From: Flaccisagitta enflata
Lineage: Eukaryota
Direction: 5' to 3'
Length of the DNA: 64,000 nucleotides
NCBI GenBank assembly: GCA_965153355.1
Contig: OZ231126.1
Coordinates: 25,854,001-25,918,000 of the forward strand
Both the position numbers and the translations under genes were made by a program. Positions 1-13,741 of the stretch are shown piece by piece (positions within the stretch are counted from its first letter, which is position 1; every line of letters starts with the position of its first letter). Below the pieces are notes generated by a model, which saw only the letters and a program-made list of their open reading frames with translations, was not told the origin of the DNA and made no database searches.

Positions 1-27
1 TTTGTTTATTTCCAAGCAACTGAACAA

Positions 28-826
28 TTTTTAGTCGCGTGATCGCGACTCTACTACCTTGCTCATATGTTTATCACCTCACTTATTGAACAATATCTCC
101 ATTTCAAATGATAATTTTTAAGAAAAATCTGTGATATTCTGAAAGTAAAACAAATTTTTCGATTGAATGCCGCAAACCGCGCTAAATTATCTCTAAGCGT
201 TTAGAAATGACATGCAAAACAAAATTGCTTCTTCAATTCAAAATGGCGAAATTGGATTCAACCAATTTTCCAACGTTCTCTCTTTAAAACTGGAAGCATT
301 ATGCAGAATTTTTTTCATTATAGTTGGTATTCCTTTTTAATTTTTTTGTACTTTGAACAATGGGACGTGCAAGTAAAGAGATTTTGGTCAATATAGGGCT
401 CAATTGTCACTCTTAGAGACAAGAGCCTGATTCACAATTACTCAACCATCTGGTGCGGTACTGAAAAGGATCGCCCTTATGGCCTGTAGGAAGATCATGC
501 CATCCTACTTCAAATCTCTTTACGCAAGTATGCCGAGGCTAATGAAGGCAGTGGTTGATGCTCAAGGTTGTCACAATAAGTATTGAATATGTTCCTTACA
601 TGTATTTGTCCTATTTATCGAATAAATCAACTCATTCTCAAAAAGGTGATAAACTTTTGAGCTAGATAGTATGACCCAATTTGTCCATCTGTCGGTCCGT
701 CCGTCGGTCCGTTTGTCAGTCCGTCACGCTTAACTTTTTTTCGCCGTTTTACGTCGTTTTAAGTCATTTTAGATTTTATCTTTTAGTCTTGACGACCGCA
801 CGCGACTTAGAGGTGTTGGCCTTGTT
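28..826 (+). mobile_element. HINE/DINE-1-like non-autonomous Helentron element interrupted by the Tc1 insertion
   Basis: 5' TTTTAGTCGCGTGATCGCGACTCTA hairpin, (GTCC/GTCG)n tract, 3' CGCGACTTAGAGGTGTTGGCCTTGTT. Uninterrupted mirror at ~47345-47535. Confidence 0.7.
54..669 (+). mobile_element. Internally deleted Tc1/mariner element with transposase N- and C-terminal remnants
   Basis: TA TSD at 52-53 and 670-671. ~25-bp imperfect TIRs CTACCTTGCTCATATGTTTATCACC / GGTGATAAACTTTTGAGCTAGATAG. Start MGRASKEI at ~360 and Tc1-type C-terminus KSLYASMPRLMKAVVDAQGCHNKY* at ~512-586. Empty single-TA site in arm 2 at 47510-47511. Confidence 0.9.
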
Positions 827-992
827 TATCCGTTAAATGCAGGACGACTTGGCCTCCTAGTCTAGCTTGTCTACTGATTGGGCAGACATATCACAATCAA
901 AGTGTCCATTGCATATACATGGGAGCACCGCTAGACCGCACCCGCTAATAGGACATGTGAACCTGTAATAAAATACATTCATTTTTCATTCC

Positions 993-1213
993 AACAAGGC
1001 CAGATACACGGCTATCCCAGTCGCGTGCGGGTGGGCAGGGGCTGTATTTGAGGTTACTGGATCAATTGGGCAGGAGCAGTGAGGCTATAGACCGCTAAAA
1101 CACAAAAAAAAGTAAAGTGTGACGGACGGACCAACTGACGTACTGATGGACCGACAGACCGACGGACGGACCAACAAAGCGGGGTGTAGAGTCGCGTAGC
1201 ACGCGACTAAAAA
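993..1213 (-). mobile_element. HINE/DINE-1-like element (family A)
   Basis: On the minus strand: TTTTAGTCGCGTGCTACGCGACTCTACACCCCGC...(GTCC)n...CTGCTCCTGCCCA...CGCGACTGGGATAGCCGTGTATCTGGCCTTGTT. Mirror at 46961-47182. Confidence 0.75.
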
Positions 1214-1445
1214 AATGATTATCTAGTGATTTCTATGTTGGCAATAAGGCAGCTTCACTATAAGGCAGAATTTTGCTCAGTCCTTAATCCCTTGACAAGC
1301 GCTTTAGTGAAGCCTAACTGTATTTCCATCGTGATTCTTGATCGTAATCATTGATAAAGTATTTCCTTCATTGACAGTCTATCTGATGTTGTTTGTCTGT
1401 CTGCCTGTCTATCTGTCTGTCTGTCTATCTGTCTGACTTTCCCAT

Positions 1446-1578
<133 letters not shown>

Positions 1579-1902
1579 TTTCTTTTCTTCCGCTCTCACG
1601 TTGTTCTGCACTTTCCAAATCTCTTGAGAATAAATGAAAGATGTCTCTCTTTGTTTGCCGTACAACATGGAGAAAGAGGTAGAGGAGGAGGAGGAGAAGG
1701 AGGAGGTGACGGAGGCTAAGAAGGAGGAAGGTGAAAAGCAATAGATCAAACTGACAGACAGCTGGAAGATGAGAAAAACCTTTTCTCTCACCTTCATATC
1801 AGACGAGTCTTACTTGAGCGTACAATGTGTGTGAGCTTGTGTGCATGTGTGTGCGTGTTTGTATATGTGTGGGTCTCTCTCTCTCTCTTACTCTCTCTCT
1901 TT

Positions 1903-1964
<62 letters not shown>

Positions 1965-2202
1965 ATGCGTCTTTTGAATCATTATTACAAGATGCATCCT
2001 AGTCTGACTGCTTGTCGTGTTTTCTTCCGAGCCTTTACGGTTTGGCTCAAGGAAAATAAAGCTTTGAAACAACAACGTAATTCGGTATAGTTGAATCCCG
2101 CTTTGACTGATAACAGAGGACCAAAAAAGTTAGTCTGTTATATACGGATTTCTGTTTCAGCTAATATAGGAAAAAAAAACAGGTTCAAGCAACCAAGAAA
2201 TA

Positions 2203-2813
2203 CCGGGTCATCAGCCTGAGATGCCGGATAATGTTAAGCTTTTACTCTGAGATGCCACATATCACGGATTTCACACTGATTGTCTTTTAAAGAGTATAGA
2301 TTGACGTTTTTTGTATCAAAATTTCATCAAAATCGGTCAAGCAGTTTAGATTTTACATGCATTTAAGTAAAAAACTTCCTTTCTGCCACTTCTGTTTTTT
2401 GGATGGGAAAATGGAGGAACAATGTTTTTCCCCATTCTCTCATTTTGCAATATTTTAAGCCGGAGACACGAGATAAGTCCTAGATAAAAGATTATTTGAC
2501 AGATTTATGAAACTACATCAAATTTTTTTCATACCAGACCATTGACAAGCTCCCAGCTCAAACTGTTCAAAAAAGAGAGAAATTTGGAAATGCTCTCTTT
2601 CACGATTTTTATTGAAAATTCTGCTATTGAGAGAGAATTAGTTTTTACTTCAAAGTCTTGTAAAATCTTAACTACTCGACCGATCTTGATGAAATTTTGA
2701 TACAAAAAACGTCAATCTATGCTCTTTAAGAGACAATCGGTATGAAATCCAAGATATGTGACATCTCTGAGTAAAAGCTTAACAGAATCCGGCATCTCAG
2801 GCTGATGTCCCGG
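2203..2813. mobile_element. Long-TIR MITE (TA target), specific to arm 1
   Basis: ~155-bp imperfect TIRs starting CCGGGTCATCAGCCTGAGATGCCGGA / TCCGGCATCTCAGGCTGATGTCCCGG. TA at 2201-2202 and 2814-2815. Single TA at the empty site 44343-44344. Confidence 0.92.
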
Positions 2814-2926
2814 TAGTATCTGTTATAGGCGTAGGTTAAGAGCGGGTCCGTTGGGGGGGGGGCGTTGCTTCTAGAATGCATTTCTTTTAGGGTTGAAGAG
2901 AAAAAGAATTACACTCATCACATACA

Positions 2927-3032
<106 letters not shown>

Positions 3033-3668
3033 AGAGGCACAAAAGAAGGAACAAAAGGAAAGTTGAGGGTATAACGTGTGAAAGGGGGAAAATGGCGAAT
3101 CGAAATGTCGATGAAAACAAGGTGGTGTAATCCTGATAAATGGTTGTTTGATTGCCAGCGACTCTGGTGGTGGTACTCCGCCTGATTCCAGCTTCATTCC
3201 AATGAAAACATGAGAACATCTTTCTCCTCTTATTCTTCTTCTGGCATTTTTTTCTTCTTTTTGCTTGTTTTGCTCTTTCACTTGTTTTCGTCTGTGTGGT
3301 TTTACGTGTCAGTCGCTGTTTGTGTTTTGATGCGTCTGTATGAAATTGAAAGTGTGCGCGTAAGTTTGGAGAAGGGGGAGAGAAGGGAGAGAATTCTAGT
3401 TGTCTCTGTTTAAGCCCATGTGATGTCTCCTGACCAAAGAAAATATTGTCCGTGAATGCGAGCTTCTCAGTGTCTCTTCGCGCATCTCATTCTATGTACT
3501 ACGCTTTCACAAGCACTAACACGCAAATCTAAATCCAAATCTACCTGCACAGGAATTGGAACAAAAGCCTTGACTTTTTATGCAATGGAAAAAAGCCATA
3601 GGATGTTCGCATAATCCTCTCAGCGTAGTAAGAGAGGAAAGGAAAGAGAGAGAAGAGGAGAAAGGGAA

Positions 3669-4323
3669 CTAGTCATCCAAGGATCGCACATGGTCAGCGG
3701 TACCCGATGCCCTGCTAGGAGTGATCAGCTGAAGAAGTATAGTGAGAGCAGGGCAGCGGCCCCAAAGGGCCGATGTCCTGTAGGACACAGGGGTGAATTT
3801 CCAGACGTCCTTAGAAGGCACATTAAAGGGCTGACATGCTTGATTTTGAGCCTGACAAGGCTGATTTAGGGTATTAGAGAGCTAATTTTGGAGCTGAAAG
3901 GGCTGATTTTGGGCCTGAGAGGACTGATTTTGGGCCTGAGAGAGCTGATTTTGGGCTTGAGAGGGCTGATTTTGGGCTTGAGAGGGCTGATTTGGGGCTA
4001 ATTTGGAGCTAATTTTGGAGCTGAAAGAGCTGATTTTGGGCCTGAGAGGGCTGATTTTGAGTCTGAGAGGGCTGATTTTGGGCCTGAGAGGGCTGATTTT
4101 GGGCTTGAGAGGGCTGATTTTGGGCTTGAGAGGGCTGATTTTGGGCCTGAGAGGGCTGATTTTGGGCTTGAGAGGGCTGATTTTGGGCTTGAGAGGGCTG
4201 ATTTGGGGTCTGAGAGGGGCCTTGGGGGGGGGGGGACGTACGTACGTACGGACGTACGTACGGACGTCTGGAAATTCACCCCTGTGTCCTACAGGACATC
4301 GGCCCTTTGGGGCCGCTGCCCAA
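3669..4323 (-). mobile_element. HINE-like element (family B) with perfect 60-bp subterminal inverted repeat and 21-bp internal tandem array, specific to arm 1
   Basis: IR at 3751-3810 / 4262-4321 (GGGCAGCGGCCCCAAAGGGCC...CCAGACGTCC). Internal (GAGAGGGCTGATTTTGGGCYT)n. Minus-strand end ...GACTAG|TT. Inserted in an A/T run that is empty in arm 2 (43374-43378). Confidence 0.85.
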
Positions 4324-4874
4324 AAAGGGTAAGGGGATAAGGAGAGGGGAAATGATAAAGGAGGAATAGATTTTCAACCTCGTAAGATTCCATAACATCA
4401 ACCATAACAATGGAATAAAATTCAAAAGCTGCCGCCGCCTACTCATCTCCCCTACGCCCTAACTTCCTCTTCATCTTCATCTGCTTCCTCCTTCTCCTCC
4501 TCTTGTCATTTCCTACTTTTTCTTCTTCTCCTTCTCCTTCTTCCTGTTCTTCTTCTTCTTCTTCTTCATCTCCTTCTTCTTTTTCTTTTTGTCCTTCTTC
4601 TTCTCCGTCTTCTTCCTCCCCACGGAGCTGAATTTCAATTGAAAATCAAACAACAAAAGGAGTGAAAAAAGCCCTCTCACGGAACAAAACCGCAGCAAGA
4701 AGGGACTGTGATGTGAGCGAGTAGGGGAGTAAAGAGTGAAGTGCTGGAGAGAGAGAGAGGCTGAGAGGGATGGAAGGGAAGTTGGAAAGTGACTCTGGGG
4801 CATTTCAGTAGAGAGTTCCATTGTTATGCAGTAACAAGGGATAAAAGAAAGAGGGAAAGCGAGACTAAGAATAG

Positions 4875-5890
4875 AACAAGGCGCAATACACGGCTACCCA
4901 AGTCGCATACGGGTGGGCAGGAGCAGTGATAAATTGGGCAACCTAGCGCAAGCATACGAGCAGCACCGATGATGCAAATGCTGCCCATAGCATAAACGCC
5001 GAATAAGCTGAGTGAGACCGATGTATCAAAAGACGGATGGGCATACATAGCGTGTTATTAAGTCACGTGTAAGCGACAAATAAGAAAATGCAGGGAAACA
5101 AAGGGTACTAAAACTTTTGTAGACAAAGCGTGGTGGACTGACGGATATGGTAGCAAGGGGTCGCTCCAAGAAACAAGCCCAAGAGGGCAACAGTCGCGTG
5201 CGTCTGGAAATGACAAACAAAAGATTTCCTCCCCCCCAAGGCCGCGCGATATGTATTGATACAATGTTGATACAATGTCGATACGGTAACGATACAATAT
5301 CGATACGATACAATACCAAAAAAAAACAAAAATACCCAAAAATACCCAAAAATACCCAAAAATACCCAAAAATACCCAAAAATACCCAAAAATACCCAAA
5401 AATATTCTAAAGTACCCTAGGAGCTAGAGCTTGTCAAAAATATCTTCTATTTTGTAAAAATGCTCATTTTTCAATAGGATTGCAAACTGAAAATGGCAAT
5501 GTTATTACTCATTCTTATGCCATTTCTAAACGAATAAAGCTAGAATTTCCAGATTGGAGCCAAATGAAAGATCTTTTCAAGAGCTTTCCAACGGTCTAAG
5601 ATTTTAGTTAGTTATTTTGAAATTCAGTATGACAATTTGCCATTTAAAAGTGCGGGTTTTTTTAATGAGTCAAGTAGTAGTACCCCAAGTACCCAGAATA
5701 ACTTAAGTACCCTAAAGTACCCCGAAGTACCCTAAAGTACCCTGAAATACACTAGAGTACCTTAAGTTACCTTAAAAAACCTTAAAAAGTCATAATTTTA
5801 AAAATGTGATGGGCTGACCGACAGACCGACCTACCTACCGACCTACCGACCGACACGGCAAGGTGTAGAGTCGCGTGTACGCGACTAAAA
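4875..5890 (-). mobile_element. Composite family-A HINE with nested repeats
   Basis: Family-A ends at 4875 (AACAAGGCGCAATACACGGC) and 5890 (GAGTCGCGTGTACGCGACTAAAA). Internal (AATACCCAAA)n and CGATAC repeats. Mirror at ~41979-42785. Confidence 0.6.
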
Positions 5891-6860
5891 ATGAAACAAC
5901 TGAAACGATGATCGGAAAAAAAGTCGAAGTCAATCTTCAACTTTTTGACATATTCGAGAGAAATATGGTTTTCATTATCTTATGCAGAAGTTTGGAAACT
6001 TGTTCGACCAATTGAACCTTTGGACAAAATTGACAGGGTAAGTAAATGTGATAATTCTCTTTCATTTGCCGCTAAGCAGAATGCTCTACCACAAATATTT
6101 CTTACCTCATGATTTCTTAAAGATTTAATAACAAAAAATTCAATAAGAATTTGTTTCGTTTCATATGATTTTAAGTAAGATCAACAAAAGAGAGTATTTA
6201 TGTTTGTTTTAGCATGCAAAAAAACATGGTCATGAGAATGGCTGTTCATCTGTGAGGGTGTTTCTCAGCATTCTAGCTCATTCAGCTCATTTGGCTCAAT
6301 TTCTTTTCTTTTTTTTTTTGTTTTAAATGCGATAAGTCAATAAATATTTCTATACATGTTTCAGCAAGCAGATACAAAAAAGCATGTCAGTGAGCATAGC
6401 TGCTCATCTGTGAGGGTGTTTTTAAGTATTCTAGCTCATTTAGCTCACTTTTTTTATGAGATAAATGTCTTGATGTGAGCAAGAAAATGCAAGAAAGTAT
6501 AATAGTGAGCATAGCTGCTTGTCTGGTTGAGTGATTTTGAGCATTTTAGCTCATCTAGCTCATTTGGCTCAGTCCTATTTTGCTCTGATTTGCAGTACAA
6601 TCAATTCATACAATTGCTCTTGATTTGATCTAACAAATACAAACACTTGTAGTGGCTAAAGACAAAAGCTTAGTAAAAGTGGCCAATGCTTATGACTTTT
6701 TTCCTTACGACGACAGCCGCCATTACTATCGTGATAAACTGGTTTGTGCATCGATTTGCATTACCATTATGTAATATTCTTTTTTTAGTGAGCACTATAG
6801 GATATGCAGAGGAGGTAGATGCCGAGGTCAAGATTATCATAATTTACCGATTGTGCTTGG

Positions 6861-7379
6861 TTTTTAGGTGCACCATAGCACCTCTATAACTAGCTCTGTC
6901 TGTTGGTCGGTCGGTTGGTTGGTTGGTCGGTCACGTCACGCTCGAGTTGAAAATCTCGAAAAGAAGCAAAAATCACTCAAAATGATCCAGAAATATGCTA
7001 GGATGATTCCCAGATGCACCATAGCACCTCTTTAAAAGGCTCTGTCCGTCCGTCAATCCGTCGGTCAAGCTCGAATGAAAAATCGCTGAAAATGTTTGAA
7101 ATCAATTGAAAACTCATTTCGTTCATCATTGATGATACTCGTCATTTCATTCACTAAAATGATCAGCTACGGTTAGGTCTGATCGAGCTGGGGATAGGTC
7201 GGATAGGTCTGGTGATAGGTCGGATAGGTGTGGGAAAAGGTCTGATAGAGCTGGTGATAGGTCTGATAGAGCTCGGGATAGGTCTGATAGAGCTCGGGAT
7301 AGGTCTGATGAAGCTAGGGATAGGTCTAAGAATTTATAACGCCCGGCGCACCGTCTTGGCCCGTGTATCCGACCTTGTT
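6861..7379 (+). mobile_element. HINE-like element with internal ~21-bp tandem repeat
   Basis: 5' hairpin TTTTTAGGTGCACCATAGCACCTCTA, (GGTC/GGTT)n, (GATAGGTCTGATAGAGCTCGG)n, 3' GGCCCGTGTATCCGACCTTGTT. Confidence 0.6.
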
Positions 7380-7514
7380 TTGATATGATCGATAAATGAA
7401 GAGGAACGTTCGGAGAATTACTGTGGCTGTGTTACTGATGTTGAATAGCCAAGACCTCAACATCATACAGCGACCTGCAAGCAAGACTACGCCGTGGCTC
7501 TCAAATTCAAAATA

Positions 7515-7690
7515 CAGTGGAACCCCGCAAAAACAGCCTCGCTTTTAAAGGTTCCCCATCAATAAAGGTCAATATTTTGAGGTCCTAATTGATACTTTTT
7601 AATGTGATTTTACCTCTCTTTAAAGGTTACCCTAAAATAAAGGTGACAATTTCCCAGTCCAAATGAGACCGATGAGGCAGGGTCCTACTG
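7515..7690. mobile_element. 176-bp pogo/Tigger-like MITE
   Basis: TA flanks and TIRs CAGTGGAACCCCGC / GCAGGGTCCTACTG. Same-length copies at 39968-40143 (mirror) and 56310-56485. Confidence 0.85.
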
Positions 7691-7844
7691 TACGTCATGC
7701 TTTGGCTGATTATGCATCACCCTCAACCCATTGGCAGCAACAAAACCTTGGCAAAGTTTTCGCTTTCTTTCTACGCGCATCTCCAACTTTGGGTGTGAGA
7801 GGAAAGGTGTCGCCCTTTTTGAAAAGAAAAGAAAGGGTAAGAAA

Positions 7845-7954
<110 letters not shown>

Positions 7955-8507
7955 CAGAGAGAGACAGAGACAGGGACAGAGAGACAGAGACAGAGACAGA
8001 GAGAAGGAGAGAGGAATGACAAATATCTAATCTATCACTGCGAGTCGACAGGCGCGACAAGGAATAGGCGGAGGAAATTAATAAAAACCGACTTTTCTTC
8101 GCATAAAAAAAGAAAGTCGAGTTTAATTTCGATGAGGAAAAAGGAAATGAGAAAAAAGGAAGAAAAGAAGGAGTGAATATAAAAGCTCAAAAAATGGGGA
8201 AGAGGAAGTAGGAAATTGTGATGAAAATGAAAGAGAGGAGCGTCGACGTTCGATAAGGCCCATGAGCCTGCGGGACAAAGCCATTAGAGCCAACTCACCA
8301 TTCTGGGACTTTTGGAAATGTTTTCAAGAAATTCCATTCGGGTTACAGCAAAACCAGGCAGCTTTCATGAAGCAGGTTTTAGCATTTTTCTACGAATTGA
8401 TCGCATATTGGGTTATGCCACTTTCTGTTAGTAAAAATCTATCCTTTTGCTTTTTTTTCAAATAGAGAAGGAAAGTAAATTGGGAAAGTGGCAAAACTCA
8501 ATCGGAT

Positions 8508-8607
<100 letters not shown>

Positions 8608-9031
8608 CAGACAGACAGACACACAGACAGACAGACAGAAAGTGACAGAGACAGACAGTGACAGAAACAGACAGAGACAGACAGAGACAGACAAAGACTG
8701 CGGGGGTGTATCTCCCCACAGCTAAAGCGCCCAATAGCTAAAATTTTTTCATGACAGATTGGCCCAAGAGCTAAAATGTTTTTTTAGCTTTGCAGACAAT
8801 TTTGAAGCATATCATTTTTAACAATATTGTTAGAAAAAGTGGTCAAACTTTTTGAATTGTTATCAGTGATTGGCCTAAATTTAAAAAAAAAAGAGAGAAG
8901 AGAAGAATGATAAAGAAGGGAACAGAAGACAGAAAGTCCATTGTATACCCCACCAAGGAAAGAGAAAGAGAAAGGAGAAAGAGAAAGAGAGAGAGAGAGA
9001 GAGCGAGAGCGAGAGCGAGAACGAGAACGAG

Positions 9032-9110
<79 letters not shown>

Positions 9111-10600
9111 TAGACAGAGAGGGACAATGAGAGAGAGACAAAGAGAGACAGAGAGAGATAAAGCAAGAAACAGACAGACAGACAGAGAAAGAAAGACAAA
9201 ATAGATTTGGACTTAGGAACAGAAGGATGACATAAAAGGTCTAAAGCCTCATTAGAAACAATAAACAAATCAAGTTTCATCCATTTATACATATCCTATT
9301 TGCTGATTTTATCCTTAAGGTTCACAGTACAGTTGTGCTTCACATATAGTGAAGCTTCCATTTTGCCAATATGAAAAAGATTACAGAATCCCTTATGAGA
9401 CAGCAATATACTTGTATACCTTATAGGCGGGCATGTCTTAATGGCAAGTACGCTCTGACAGTTTTCAAATATGTTAAAAAACTGCTCTACCAAGTATTAC
9501 CCTTTCCAATTCTTACATATTTTTTCACGTACTAGAGACTTTTAGACACTTTGTCCTCCTGTTTATCTGTTGGTCCCTTGGTCCATCAATCCGTCCGTCT
9601 CTTTTTCTTTCTCTTTCTATCTATTGCTCAATACCTTCGCCCTTTTTTTCGACCCTTATATTTTCAAATCATGCTGATACTTTTAGTCACAAATTGGCCA
9701 CATTTCTAAATATTTATTTCAGAACTCAGGCCAATCATTTTTAGACACCAGGCTACTGAAACAAGCTAGCTTTCAGGCGCTTCCCCCGACTGGGGTAGTG
9801 ACTGAGAGATAGTGACTGAGATATAGAGACTGAGAGTTAGATTGAAACACAGACAGAGGGAGTAATGGTAGGTGAGTCAGGAAGAGAGAGAAATGAAAAA
9901 GGCTGTCCCTCTGAAAGGGCGTAACCCTCTTGGAGGGGTGCAACCCGCTTTAACGATAGTGATAAAGTGGAGACGTAAATCTTCGAATGTTGGGACTATG
10001 ATCTTTACAGAGAGTTTAGCGAGGGATGTGAGGCATCAGAATTAAAACGGAAAGGGATCGAAAAATTGGGAGTGAGAATGATGGGGTTGTGGAAATTGGA
10101 ATGACAATGGAAGGCGATGTGGGTTGGTAATGTAATATGGATGAGTTAGGACACGTGATGGCATTGAAAGCCATAGTAGAACCAGGATAGAAAAGAAGGG
10201 AATAGAAATGCAAGGTATTGAAGATGGGTATCGCATAATGAGAATGAGGGGGTCTAAAACTATCACATTGTGGGGAGTGACGGGAGGCTAACACGTGTAG
10301 CGTCATTTTGTGACGATGTCCATTCAGAAAATACTTGACATATTTTTATGTCATCATGGCCATTTTGAAATAAACACGGGGTATTATACATGCGAGTGTA
10401 AACAGTTGCGATGTATTCAAAGTAAACGCAACCGCCAATTGGGTTTGATATTCACTATATATCAAATACTTTGTATGATGTCTTATTCCGAGTTAGCTAC
10501 ATAATCAAAATCCTCGCAATCACATTTGTTGCAGAATAAGTAACATGAATGAGGTCCCTTTGATGACTATGAATTGGAGGCCCACGGCTGATAAAGTGCT

Positions 10601-10638
<38 letters not shown>

Positions 10639-11817
10639 AAAGCAGAGCAATAGAGAGGGGGTGGAAGTGAAAAGCATCTTGTTAGAGATGACCCAATTAT
10701 TTCCTACAGTTCATGAGCATAATCGGTTGTAAAGGAGGCCATATGGCGATTGGTAGAGAAGCACTGATGCTATCCTTCTGTCTTCTATAGTCCACATTTT
10801 CTCAGCAAGTAGGTATGGTCTAAACAAAATAAGCCTAGTGCGTAGTCTAAATCATTTTTTACGATGCCATACACTCCTCCCTAAGTACACCGCACATTCT
10901 TCCCCCTCAGCTACAACCCTCTTCTTTTCTTGAGTCACGTGCTGTCACAATCGCGATATCAAATGGCATTCAAATCGCGTTAAATATATCCTAATTCGTC
11001 ATTGCATTACGTTTCTGAAAGACGAATTCTTTTCTTGATTTTCGAATACTTTAACCATTCGGTTCGTTTTCCTGCTTTTTCCTCTTTTTTGACAAGTAAC
11101 CCTTCTCAAACCAAAAGTTTGACTTCTCCTTCGTTGATTTTTGGGCACAAAAACCTGCTTACCAATGATAAACCAAACTGAATGAAAAACGACGATCTGA
11201 AAGTTTAGACACATTTTGAATAGTGATGATCTGATTTCATGTATACAAATCACATACTCTGTAATATCTTATCGTATGATCTTAAAGTTCACTTGTTCAC
11301 TATAACCTGAAATTTCTTCATCGAATTTGGAGAACCCAGCACCAAACAGCCTTGTCAAAAGGGGGAGCTTGTGCAATTCCTTCCCCATCTACTATCTTTT
11401 TCTCACTCACACGCGAAGCACTGCGATAAAAGTAGCCCAAGGCTAAAAGAAAAACGCTCACTTTTCTCGCTATCGCTGCTTCTCCCTTCCTCCCCCCTTA
11501 CTATCTTCTCGCTCCGTCTTACGCTTTTCCCCTCCTCTCGTATAATGATAAATAAGATTGCTGCAATTCTTTATTGCTCTTATTGCCTTCAATCTTCTTC
11601 TTACTAAGTGCAGTGTAACGAACAAGTTCATGTTGGCCTCCCGTTGTTTTTTCATTGCATGGACTACGCTTTTATAATCACAGACACGCTACTCAACATG
11701 TTGCTATGTCAGTTAGCATCATCATAGACAGATGGTTGAACGATGGATGTAACGTCCTTCTTCACCCACTCTACCCTATTTCATCTTTCCTCTGAAGCCC
11801 CAATCTGGTTTTCTCTA

Positions 11818-11976
11818 TTTCTAGTCGTGGACAGGCGACTCTACAACTTGCCGTGTCGGTTGGTCGGTAGGTCGGTCGGTCGGTCGGTCGGTCACATTTT
11901 TGAATTCCGAGCGGTTTTTGCGTTACTGCTCCTGCCCAACCGTCCGCGACTGGATTGCCGTGTATCCGGCCTCGTT
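11818..11976 (+). mobile_element. Family-A HINE
   Basis: TAGTCG...CGACTCTACAAC...(GGTC)n...CTGCTCCTGCCCAACCGTCCGCGACTGGATTGCCGTGTATCCGGCCTCGTT. Mirror at ~35527-35685. Confidence 0.75.
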
Positions 11977-12419
11977 TTAATCACTTTCCCATCCCGGTGT
12001 CAACTCCTTCATTCAGAACATTCTCTCGCCATCCCCCCCTCCCCCCCCCCTTCTCCAGTCCAGCTTCTCTCCATCAACTTAAATCTTCTCTCTGTTTCTT
12101 TTCTTTTACTCCCTTATCTTATCGCCTCAATTCTCTCTTTTCTATTTCCTTTTCCTCTTTTTCCTCTTACCTCACCCCTTCCACTCTTTCTCCTTTTCCT
12201 TTCTCTTCATTGCCTCCTTTCTCCTACTTCCAATCCCTCCTCTTCCCCTTACCTCTCTCACCACCTCCCCTCTTTTTTTCCTCCTTTCCTGCTTTTCCTT
12301 TCTCGCTGCGTCGTGAAAAGTAAAGCCATATCGTTCCCCCCAGAGCGTCTTAAAAGCTTTCCAATCAAAATCTATTTGGAAATTGATTCCGCTGCCGCAG
12401 AAACGCCCGTGAAGCAGCC

Positions 12420-12484
<65 letters not shown>

Positions 12485-12729
12485 TTCCTCCGCCGCTCTT
12501 ACGCCGAATTGCGAGCTTTCAAATCAGCAGAAAAAAAATGCGGGTAAAAGCGACGACGGTAGAGACGAGTAGCGCTCCTGAGCGGATGCTGGGCGAAATA
12601 AAAGTTCTTCTAGCTCGGAAAAAGTGGAACAAATGATCAACGCTCATTCGACGTGATTCTCGCGGAATAGCCCGTGATTGGCCAATATTTCATGGTGACG
12701 CATTTTGATGGATTTGTTCCCTTTTTTTG

Positions 12730-12794
<65 letters not shown>

Positions 12795-13008
12795 AGACAG
12801 AGTTTGAGACAGGAGGTCGAGACAGACTCTCATAGGACTTTCATGTGTTGCATCTTGGCTCATATGTTTTCTTGATTTCTTACATGAATGAAGTTTTCGT
12901 ATATTGCAATATGCAAGTGATTGTTGCAACATCTTAGAAGTACAATTACATGACTGTTTTATCGCCAAAAGCGATATTGATTGCTCTTTCTCTCTCTCTC
13001 TCTCTCTT

Positions 13009-13114
<106 letters not shown>

Positions 13115-13452
13115 ATTCTCTCTCTTTCACTTTCTTTTTTTGACTGTGCGTGTCTGTCTCTACTTCTCAGTTCTCATGCTCCACTTATGATAAAATTATT
13201 GGGCCACCTTATTCGGTGCTAATCATAGGAACTGCACTTGCAAATGAAGTGGGGTCGAAAAAGGTTTCCAATTTCAATCTGTGATGCAAAAGAATTCGAG
13301 ATGAGATGAAATTTTAGATGAGACCAAAGCTAACTTTCATTGCCGATGCAAAATCACTTGCAAGAAACCTCTGTGCCTTTATCAGTAGTTCTATAGGCAT
13401 TTTTCGTCATTAGTCCTGCATATATCTGCTTGTGTTTCATATGGACGTTTGA

Positions 13453-13542
<90 letters not shown>

Positions 13543-13643
13543 AGTCTCTCTCTCACTCCATATGTCTAGCTGTCTCTGTTTGTCACTGGATCTCTGTCAT
13601 TTTGCCTCCCCGCCGCTCTGTCTTTGTCTGTCAAACTGTCTTC

Positions 13644-13741
<98 letters not shown>

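Noticed and set aside
3998-4332. PKSALS / LRGLILG repeat ORFs
   Set aside because: They come from the 21-bp internal tandem repeat of a non-autonomous element.
5988-6038. Possible exon with a GTAAGT donor in arm 1
   Set aside because: Both splice sites are absent in the arm 2 copy and no partner exons were found.
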